Shown piece by piece: positions 54,508 through 64,000 of a DNA stretch of 64,000 nucleotides; within the stretch, counting starts at the first letter, position 1, and every line of letters starts with the position of its first letter. The notes under the pieces are model-generated. The model made no database searches. It saw only the letters and a list, made by a program, of their open reading frames with translations, and was not told the DNA's origin. The position numbers and the translations under genes are program-made. Origin of the DNA: Octopus vulgaris (taxonomy: Eukaryota); assembly GCA_951406725.2 (NCBI GenBank), contig OX597823.1, forward strand, positions 118,162,621-118,226,620, in the 5' to 3' direction.

Positions 54508-55065
54508 TTACATAGATATACGTGTAATATACCCACATACGCATATATACTATCTAAAACAAAAAAGAAACTTGATTATGTCATTATTACTTTATTACAG
54601 ATATTATAACATGAAACGTATTATATGACGTTAGAGAAGTAACTCAAGGAGATATTTTCTGCTATCTCCCTAGACTTTTCTCGTTATTTACTCTTTTACT
54701 CTCATTTACGTGTTTCAGTCATTTGACTGTGGCCATGTTGCAGCACCACCTTTAGTCGAGCATATCGACCCCAGGACTTATTCTTTGTAGGCCTAGTACT
54801 TATTCTATCAGTCTCTTTCGCTGAACCTCTAAGTTATGGGGACGTAAACAGACTAGCATCCGTTGTGTAGCAATGTTTGGGGACAAACAGACACACGCAC
54901 ACATATATAAACATATATATGACTGGAGTTTTCCAGTTTCCTTCCACCAAATCCAATCACAAGGCTTTGGTCGGCTTGGGGCTATAGTAGATTTTTCCAA
55001 CGATGGTGGTGTGTTTTCCTCCCTGTATTTCAGCGGCTCGGCAGAAAAGAATAAGTGCTTCTGAC

Positions 55066-55119
<54 letters not shown>

Positions 55120-55172
55120 ATATAAAGATATATCAGATATATTATATATATATATTTATAAAGATATTTCAG

Positions 55173-55214
<42 letters not shown>

Positions 55215-55514
55215 ATATATATATATAAAGAGAGAGAGAGAGAGAGAGAGAAACATGTATATACATATAGATATATGTATATGTGTGTATGTTTCGTTGT
55301 CCCCAAAACCGCTTGACAACCAATGCCGGTGTTTTTTACACTCCATTAACTTATCCGTTCGGGAACGGCTCGGGGCTATAGTAGATTTTTCAAACGATGC
55401 TGGTGTGTTTTCTTCCCTGTATTTCAGCGGCTCGGCAGAAAAGAATAAGTTAGAATAAATACTAGGCTTAGAAAGAATAAGTGCTGCTGACGATGTGCTC
55501 GAAGAAGATAGATT

Positions 55515-55552
<38 letters not shown>

Positions 55553-55569
55553 AAGATATATCAGATATA

Positions 55570-57090
55570 TATAAACTTAGATAAAATTAGATATGTTTCG
55601 ACCAAAGAAATTATGTTGCAGTGTACATGTATGTTGTGATCTTGTATTGGGCAGGGGACGTATAGCTCGTGGTCCAAGTCTTGGATGAACCTTGAAGCTA
55701 ATGTTTAGGTCGTTTGGGCATAGTTGGCGGCATATTTTCCACATCGTACAAATGATGTACCTCTCACGGCGACGCTGGAGGGATTAAAATTTCAAGGCTT
55801 TAAGGCGATCCCAATAATCGAGAGCAGCCAGTTTAGTGAGTGCCCTCTGGGGTGACTCAATTCTGGAGATGTTTTGTCTTGTGTGAGGAGACCACAGTGG
55901 GCAGCAGTATTCGAGGTGTGGCCGTACAAAGGAAGAAAAAAGTGGTATGATGACACCTTGTTCTCTGGACCGGAAAGTTCTTAAGATCCAGGAACTCATC
56001 CTACGAGCTATATCGACCTTCTTGTTGATGTGTGCACTCCAACTGAGATCGTCATCAACAATTACACCCAGGTCTCTGATATTGTTAGAGGCTGTGAGCG
56101 GTTCCCCTGAAGGAAGAGAGTATGGCTGTTTTAGTGAGGAGTTTCTTCCAAAATGCATCAGCTCAAATTTTCCCTCGTTCAGTTGCATTTTGTTTCTGTC
56201 TGCCCATTGACTCACAGCATATAGATCAGACTGGAGTTGAGTTCGGTCTGCTTCTTCATTGACGATTTGCTGGAGCTTGGTGTCATCAGCAAATATTTTC
56301 ACTTTGCAGTAATGTACGACACTGGAAAGGTCGTTTATGTAGATTAAGAAGAGTAGCGGACCCAAGACAATCCCCTGGGGGACACCGCTGGTGACTTTTG
56401 CTGGGCTTGAGTGGACTCCATCAACTACAACATGTGTTCTATTCGCCAGGAAATACTTGATCCAGTGTAGAACTTTTCCACGGATTCCAACATTTGCCAA
56501 TTTTGAGAGTAGGATATTATGGTCTACCCTGTCGAACGCTTTACTGAAGTCAAGATATATGACGTCGGAGTTCGAACCTGTTCCCAAGGCTTTGAGTACA
56601 TCTTCAATGTAGTGTAAGAGCTGTGTTAGACAGTCCCTGCCACAGCGAAAGCCATGCTGATTTGCATTTAGGAGTTTCTGGGTCTCCAGGAAGTGAGCCA
56701 TCCTTGATCTTAACACTCTTTCAAACACTTTGATGATGTGGGAGGTGAGTGAGATTGGGCGATAGTTGAGTGCGAGGGATCTGTTTCCCTGTTTGAAAAC
56801 CGGGATGACCGGCTGGGATAGAAACTGTTTTGGTATATAACCTGCATCTAACCAATTTCTCCAGAGGTTGGTCAGTGGGACTGCAAGTTGGTGTTTACAT
56901 TCCTTCAGGAGACTAGCGGGGAATCTATCAGGGCCTACAGCTGAGTAGAATTTGACCTCATTTATTGTTGCTACGATGTCAGTGGGAGTGAAGGTTATGT
57001 CTGCAATTTTGTGTTGGGAGTCAACTTCGTTCGCTTCTCTTACGTCAATATCAGTGGGAACACTAAAGACAGCAGTATTTTTTCTGCAAT
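55570..57090 (-). pseudogene. 5'-truncated CR1 RT fragment, paralog of 43235-45040
   Basis: 467-aa ORF with RT motifs; same 5' truncation junction 'tttttctgcaatatatatatagagagaaac'; ~290-bp deletion near the 3' end. Confidence 0.92.
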
Positions 57091-57765
57091 ATATATATAG
57101 AGAGAAACTTGTATATACATATAGATATTTGTATATATTTGTATATGTGTGTATGTTTTGGTGTCCCCAAAACAGCCTGACAACCATATTAGACTGACGT
57201 AGATAAAAGTCCTAGTGTCGATTTGCTCTAGAAATGGCTGTGCTCCAGCATTGGCACAGTGAAATGACTAAACAAGTAAAAGTGTATGCGTTGCGTCTGA
57301 ACATTATATTGTAGAGTTAATTAGCTTCCATAATACATTTTGATGATAGTCGTTATGTAATTAAATGTAAGGTAGGTAACTTTTGAAGATTTCTTAGTTA
57401 TCTCCCTTTCCAGAGTTACTCCCCTTGAACCTTACAATGTAATAATACATAATAGTAATTGCATTATATTTAAGGGAGGTAACTCTGGAAGATTTTTCAG
57501 TTATCTCCCTTTCTAGAGTTTTTCCCATGGCATAGTAATAACATCTAAGGTAAGTAACTCTACAAAGGAAGATAACTCCAAAATCTTCCAGAGTTACTTC
57601 CCTTACATCTAATTAAATTACTATTATGTATTATTAAATTGTAATGTTCAACTATAGAAAGGAGAGTAACTATAGAAAGGGTGATAACTAAAAAAATCTT
57701 CAAAAATTACCTCCCTTATAATATTTAAGGGAAGTAACTCTAGAAAGGGAAATAGGTACAAAATT

Positions 57766-58070
57766 TTAGGGTTGGGTTAGGGTTTAGGGTTTAGGGTTAG
57801 GGTTAGGGTTTTAAGGTTAGGGTTTTAGGGTTAGGGTGTTAGGGTTAGGATTTTAGGGTTAGGGTTAGGGTTAGGGTTAGGGTTAGGGTTAGGGTTAGGG
57901 TTAGGGTTAGGGTTAGGGTTAGGGTTAGGGTTAGGGTTAGGGTTAGGGTTAGGGTTAGGGTTAGGGTAGGGGTTGGGGTTGGGGTAGGGTTAGGGTTAGG
58001 GTTAGGGTTAGGGTTAGGGTTAGGGTTAGGGTTAGGGTTAGGGTTAGGGTTAGGGTTGGGGTTGGGGTAG
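57766..58070 (+). repeat. Telomeric (TTAGGG)n, degenerate at both edges
   Basis: Pure TTAGGG run 57853-57966 and 57989-58055; G-rich strand points to the window end. Confidence 0.95.
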
Positions 58071-61000
58071 GGGCCAGGGGGCTGGGGCTGGAGGCAGGCA
58101 GAGGGCCAGGCCGGCCAGGGCCAGGCCAGGCCAGGGCGGCAGGCAGCCAGGGCCAGGCCAGGCCAGGCCAGGCCAGGGCCAGGGCCAGGGCCAGGCAGGG
58201 CCAGGGCCAGCAGGCCAGGGCCAGGGCAGGGCAGGCCAGGGCCAGGCCAGGGCCAGGGGCCAGGGCCAGGCCAGGGCCAGGGCCAGGCCAGGGCCAGGCC
58301 AGGCCAGGGCCAGGGCCAGGCCAGGCCAGGGCCAGGGCCAGGGCCAGGGCCGGGCCGGCCAGGGCCAGGCCAGGCCAGGCCAGGCCAGGGCCAGGCCAGG
58401 CCAGGGCCAGGGGCCAGGCCAGGCCAGGGGCCAGGGCCAGGCGGGCCAGGCCAGGGCCAGGCCAGGGCCAGGCCAGGCCAGGCCAGGCCAGGGCCAGGCC
58501 AGGGCCAGGCCAGGCCAGGCCAGGGCCGGCGCCAGGCCAGGCCAGGCCAGGCCAGGGGGCCAGGCCAGGGCCAGGCCAGGCCAGGCCAGCCGGGCCAGGC
58601 CAGGCCAGGCCAGGGCCAGGGCCAGGCAGGGCCAGGGCCAGCCAGAGGCCAGGCCAGGCCAGGCCAGGCCAGGGCCAGGCCAGGCCAGGGCCAGGCCAGG
58701 CCAGGCCAGGCCAGGCCAGGCCAGGCCAGGCCAGGCCAGGGGCCAGGCCAGGCCAGGGCCGCCAGGCCAGGCCAGGCCAGGCCAGGCCAGGCCAGGGCCA
58801 GGCCAGGCCGCCAGGCCAGGCCAGGGCCAGGCCAGGCCAGGGCCAGGGCCAGGCCAGGCCAGGCCAGGCAGGCCAGGCCAGGGCCAGGCCAGGGCCAGGG
58901 CCAGGCCAGGGGCCAGGGCCAGGGCCAGGCCAGGGCCAGGGCCAGGGCCAGGCCAGGGCCAGGCCAGGGCCAGGCCAGGCCAGGCCAGGGCCAGGGCCAG
59001 GCCAGGCCAGCGGCCAGGGCCAGGCCAGGCCAGGCCAGGGCCAGGCCAGGCCAGGCCAGGCCAGGCCAGGCCAGGCCAGGGCCAGGCCAGGCCAGGCCAG
59101 GCCAGGCCAGGCCAGGCCAGGCCAGGGCCAGGGCCAGGCCAGGCCAGGCCAGGCCAGGCCAGGCCAGGCCAGGCCAGGCCAGGCCAGGCCAGGCCAGGCC
59201 AGGCCAGGCCAGGCCAGGCCAGGGCCAGGCCAGGCCAGGCCAGGCCAGGGCCAGGGCCAGGCCAGGCCAGGCCAGGCCAGGCCAGGCCAGGCCAGGCCAG
59301 GCCAGGCCAGGGCCAGGGCCAGGGCCAGGCCAGGCCAGGCCAGGCCAGGCCAGGCCAGGCCAGGCCAGGCCAGGCCAGGCCAGGCCAGGCCAGGCCAGGC
59401 CAGGCCAGGCCAGGGCCAGGCCAGGCCAGGCCAGGCCAGGCCAGGCCAGGCCGCAGGCCAGGCCAGGCCAGGCCAGGCCAGGCCAGGCCAGGCCAGGCCA
59501 GGCCAGGCCAGGCCAGGCCAGGCCAGGCCAGGCCAGGCCAGGCCAGGCCAGGGCCAGGCCAGGCCAGGGCCAGGCCAGGCCAGGCCAGGGCCAGGCCAGG
59601 CCAGGCCAGGCCAGGCCAGGCCAGGCCAGGCCAGGCCAGGGCCAGGCCAGGCCAGGCCAGGCCAGGCCAGGCCAGGCCAGGCCAGGCCAGGCCAGCAGGC
59701 CAGGCCAGGCCAGCCAGGCCAGGCCAGGCCAGGCCAGGCCAGGCCAGGCCAGGCCAGCCAGGCCAGGCCAGGCCAGGCCAGGCCAGGCCAGGCCAGGCCA
59801 GGCCAGGCCAGGCCAGGCCAGGCCAGGCCAGGCCAGGCCAGGCCAGGCCAGGCCAGGCCAGGCCAGGCCAGGCCAGGCCAGGCCAGGCCAGGCCAGGCCA
59901 GGCCAGGCCAGGGCCAGGCCAGGCCAGGCCAGGCCAGGCCAGGCCAGGCCAGGCCAGGCCAGGCCAGGCCAGGCCAGGCCAGGCCAGGCCAGGCCAGGCC
60001 AGGCCAGGCCAGGCCAGGCCAGGCCAGGCCAGGCCAGGCCAGGCCAGGCCAGGCCAGGCCAGGCCAGGCCAGGCCAGGCCAGGCCAGGCCAGGCCAGGCC
60101 AGGCCAGGCCAGGCCAGGCCAGGCCAGGCCAGGCCAGGCCAGGCCAGGCCAGGCCAGGCCAGGCCAGGCCAGGCCAGGCCAGGCCAGGCCAGGCCAGGCC
60201 AGGCCAGGCCAGGCCAGGCCAGGCCAGGCCAGGCCAGGCCAGGCCAGGCCAGGCCAGGCCAGGCCAGGCCAGGCCAGGCCAGGCCAGGCCAGGCCAGGCC
60301 AGGCCAGGCCAGGCCAGGCCAGGCCAGGCCAGGCCAGGCCAGGCCAGGCCAGGCCAGGCCAGGCCAGGCCAGGCCAGGCCAGGCCAGGCCAGGCCAGGCC
60401 AGGCCAGGCCAGGCCAGGCCAGGCCAGGCCAGGCCAGGCCAGGCCAGGCCAGGCCAGGCCAGGCCAGGCCAGGCCAGGCCAGGCCAGGCCAGGCCAGGCC
60501 AGGCCAGGCCAGGCCAGGCCAGGCCAGGCCAGGCCAGGCCAGGCCAGGCCAGGCCAGGCCAGGCCAGGCCAGGCCAGGCCAGGCCAGGCCAGGCCAGGCC
60601 AGGCCAGGCCAGGCCAGGCCAGGCCAGGCCAGGCCAGGCCAGGCCAGGCCAGGCCAGGCCAGGCCAGGCCAGGCCAGGCCAGGCCAGGCCAGGCCAGGCC
60701 AGGCCAGGCCAGGCCAGGCCAGGCCAGGCCAGGCCAGGCCAGGCCAGGCCAGGCCAGGCCAGGCAGGCCAGGCCAGGCCAGGCCAGGCCAGGCCAGGCCA
60801 GGCCAGGCCAGGCCAGGCCAGGCCAGGCCAGGCCAGGCCAGGCCAGGCCAGGCCAGGCCAGGCCAGGCCAGGCCAGGCCAGGCCAGGCCAGGGCCAGGCC
60901 AGGCCAGGCCAGGCCAGGCCAGGCCAGGCCAGGCCAGGCCAGGCCAGGCCAGGCCAGGCCAGGCCAGGCCAGGCCAGGCCAGGCCAGGCCAGGCCAGGCC

Positions 61001-64000
61001 AGGCCAGGCCAGGCCAGGCCAGGCCAGGCCAGGCCAGGCCAGGCCAGGCCAGGCCAGGCCAGGCCAGGCCAGGCCAGGCCAGGCCAGGGCCAGGCCAGGC
61101 CAGGCCAGGCCAGGCCAGGCCAGGGCCAGGCCAGGCCAGGCCAGGCCAGGCCAGGCCAGGCCAGGGCCAGGCCAGGCCAGGCCAGGCCAGGCCAGGCCAG
61201 GCCAGGCCAGGCCAGGCCAGGCCAGGCCAGGCCAGGCCAGGCCAGGCCAGGGCCAGGCCAGGCCAGGCCAGGCCAGGCCAGGCCAGGCCAGGCCAGGCCA
61301 GGCCAGGCCAGGCCAGGCCAGGCCAGGCCAGGCCAGGCCAGGCCAGGCCAGGCCAGGCCAGGCCAGGCCAGGCCAGGCCAGGCCAGGCCAGGCCAGGCCA
61401 GGCCAGGCCAGGCCAGGCCAGGCCAGGCCAGGCCAGGCCAGGCCAGGCCAGGCCAGGCCAGGCCAGGCCAGGCCAGGCCAGGGCCAGGCCAGGCCAGGCC
61501 AGGCCAGGCCAGGCCAGGCCAGGCCAGGCCAGGCCAGGCCAGGCCAGGCCAGGCCAGGCCAGGCCAGGCCAGGCCAGGCCAGGCCAGGCCAGGCCAGGCC
61601 AGGCCAGGCCAGGCCAGGCCAGGCCAGGCCAGGCCAGGCCAGGCCAGGCCAGGCCAGGCCAGGCCAGGCCAGGCCAGGCCAGGCCAGGCCAGGCCAGGCC
61701 AGGCCAGGCCAGGCCAGGCCAGGCCAGGCCAGGCCAGGCCAGGCCAGGCCAGGCCAGGCCAGGCCAGGCCAGGCCAGGCCAGGCCAGGCCAGGCCAGGCC
61801 AGGCCAGGCCAGGCCAGGCCAGGCCAGGCCAGGCCAGGCCAGGCCAGGCCAGGCCAGGCCAGGCCAGGCCAGGCCAGGCCAGGCCAGGCCAGGCCAGGCC
61901 AGGCCAGGCCAGGCCAGGCCAGGCCAGGCCAGGCCAGGCCAGGCCAGGCCAGGCCAGGCCAGGCCAGGCCAGGCCAGGCCAGGCCAGGCCAGGCCAGGCC
62001 AGGCCAGGCCAGGCCAGGCCAGGCCAGGCCAGGCCAGGCCAGGCCAGGCCAGGCCAGGCCAGGCCAGGCCAGGCCAGGCCAGGCCAGGCCAGGCCAGGCC
62101 AGGCCAGGCCAGGCCAGGCCAGGCCAGGCCAGGCCAGGCCAGGCCAGGCCAGGCCAGGCCAGGCCAGGCCAGGCCAGGCCAGGCCAGGCCAGGCCAGGCC
62201 AGGCCAGGCCAGGCCAGGCCAGGCCAGGCCAGGCCAGGCCAGGCCAGGCCAGGCCAGGCCAGGCCAGGCCAGGCCAGGCCAGGCCAGGCCAGGCCAGGCC
62301 AGGCCAGGCCAGGCCAGGCCAGGCCAGGCCAGGCCAGGCCAGGCCAGGCCAGGCCAGGCCAGGCCAGGCCAGGCCAGGCCAGGCCAGGCCAGGCCAGGCC
62401 AGGCCAGGCCAGGCCAGGCCAGGCCAGGCCAGGCCAGGCCAGGCCAGGCCAGGCCAGGCCAGGCCAGGCCAGGCCAGGCCAGGCCAGGCCAGGCCAGGCC
62501 AGGCCAGGCCAGGCCAGGCCAGGCCAGGGCCAGGCCAGGCCAGGCCAGGCCAGGCCAGCCAGGCCAGGCCAGGCCAGGCCAGGCCAGGCCAGGCCAGGCC
62601 AGGCCAGGCCAGGCCAGGCCAGGCCAGGCCAGGCCAGGCCAGGCCAGGCCAGGCCAGGCCAGGCCAGGCCAGGCCAGGCCAGGCCAGGCCAGGCCAGGCC
62701 AGGCCAGGCCAGGCCAGGCCAGGCCAGGCCAGGCCAGGCCAGGCCAGGCCAGGCCAGGCCAGGCCAGGCCAGGCCAGGCCAGGCCAGGCCAGGCCAGGCC
62801 AGGGCCAGCCAGGCCAGGCCAGGCCAGGCCAGGCCAGGCCAGGCCAGGCCAGGCCAGGCCAGGCCAGGCCAGGCCAGGCCAGGCCAGGCCAGGCCAGGCC
62901 AGGCCAGGCCAGGCCAGGCCAGGCCAGGCCAGGCCAGGCCAGGCCAGGCCAGGCCAGGCCAGGCCAGGCCAGGCCAGGCCAGGCCAGGCCAGGCCAGGCC
63001 AGGCCAGGCCAGGCCAGGCCAGGCCAGGCCAGGCCAGGGGCCAGGCCAGGCCAGGCCAGGCCAGGCCAGGCCAGGCCAGGCCAGGCCAGGCCAGGCCAGG
63101 CCAGGCCAGGCCAGGCCAGGCCAGGCCAGGCCAGCCAGGCCAGGCCAGGCCAGGCCAGGCCAGGCCAGGCCAGGCCAGGCCAGGCCAGGCCAGGCCAGGC
63201 CAGGCCAGGCCAGGCCAGGCCAGGCCAGGCCAGGCCAGGCCAGGCCAGGCCAGGCCAGGCCAGGCCAGGCCAGGCCAGGCCAGGCCAGGCCAGGCCAGGC
63301 CAGGCCAGGCCAGGCCAGGCCAGGCCAGGCCAGGCCAGGCCAGGCCAGGCCAGGCCAGGCCAGGCCAGGCCAGGCCAGGCCAGGCCAGGCCAGGCCAGGC
63401 CAGGCCAGGCCAGGCCAGGCCAGGCCAGGCCAGGCCAGGCCAGGCCAGGCCAGGCCAGGCCAGGCCAGGCCAGGCCAGGCCAGGCCAGGCCAGGCCAGGC
63501 CAGGCCAGGCCAGGCCAGGCCAGGCCAGGCCAGGCCAGGCCAGGCCAGGCCAGGCCAGGCCAGGGCCAGGCCAGGCCAGGCCAGGCCAGGCCAGGCCAGG
63601 CCAGGCCAGGCCAGGCCAGGCCAGGCCAGGCCAGGCCAGGCCAGGCCAGGCCAGGCCAGGCCAGGCCAGGCCAGGCCAGGCCAGGCCAGGCCAGGCCAGG
63701 CCAGGCCAGGCCAGGCCAGGCCAGGCCAGGCCAGGCCAGGCCAGGCCAGGCCAGGCCAGGCCAGGCCAGGCCAGGCCAGGCCAGGCCAGGCCAGGCCAGG
63801 CCAGGCCAGGCCAGGCCAGGCCAGGCCAGGCCAGGCCAGGCCAGGCCAGGCCAGGCCAGGCCAGGCCAGGCCAGGCCAGGCCAGGCCAGGCCAGGCCAGG
63901 CCAGGCCAGGCCAGGCCAGGCCAGGCCAGGCCAGGCCAGGCCAGGCCAGGCCAGGCCAGGCCAGGCCAGGCCAGGCCAGGCCAGGCCAGGCCAGGCCAGG
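58071..64000 (+). repeat. (CCAGG)n/(CCAGGG)n array; probably miscalled telomere
   Basis: Mixed 5- and 6-mers to ~59600, nearly pure CCAGG thereafter. Confidence 0.9.

Larger units (their letters stand above)
47922..57765. repeat. Subtelomeric composite block B (paralog of block A), terminal
   Basis: 48200-49600 matches 36829-38350; 49800-51130 matches 41480-42880; 54560-57760 matches 42770-45660. Confidence 0.85.

Noticed and set aside
43235-57090. HeT-A/TART-like telomere maintenance by retrotransposons (distal LINEs have 5' ends toward the telomere)
   Set aside because: Copies are dead, truncated, share breakpoints from DNA duplication, are not head-to-tail and are not inserted in TTAGGG; a canonical TTAGGG tract is present
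58071-64000. CCAGG as bacterial Dcm sites or contamination
   Set aside because: Continuous gradient from TTAGGG and no bacterial sequence nearby

Overview
Eukaryotic, AT-rich, repeat-saturated DNA from a chromosome end. The SINE/LINE content and TTAGGG telomere resemble an octopus-like cephalopod (inference from recall, not a database search). No intact host protein-coding gene is evident. From left to right: (1) ~1-11.3 kb, reiterated composite subtelomeric units built from SINE fragments and microsatellites; (2) ~12.2-17.1 kb, a near full-length CR1/L2-group LINE (ORF1 with two CCCH zinc fingers, APE-RT ORF2 broken by one small deletion) ending in a foreign (GAT)n tail module; (3) a truncated RTE LINE and a ~2.2 kb local duplication around an inverted CR1 piece; (4) ~27-36.3 kb, a CpG-poor island of old TE relics (RTE, Tc1, Gypsy, Penelope) behind a promoter/first-exon-like segment; (5) ~36.8-57.7 kb, two paralogous subtelomeric blocks, the first ending in a degenerate internal TTAGGG tract followed by 34-bp and 15-bp satellites; (6) ~300 bp of TTAGGG that grades into ~5.9 kb of (CCAGG)n, most probably a nanopore miscall of the telomere.
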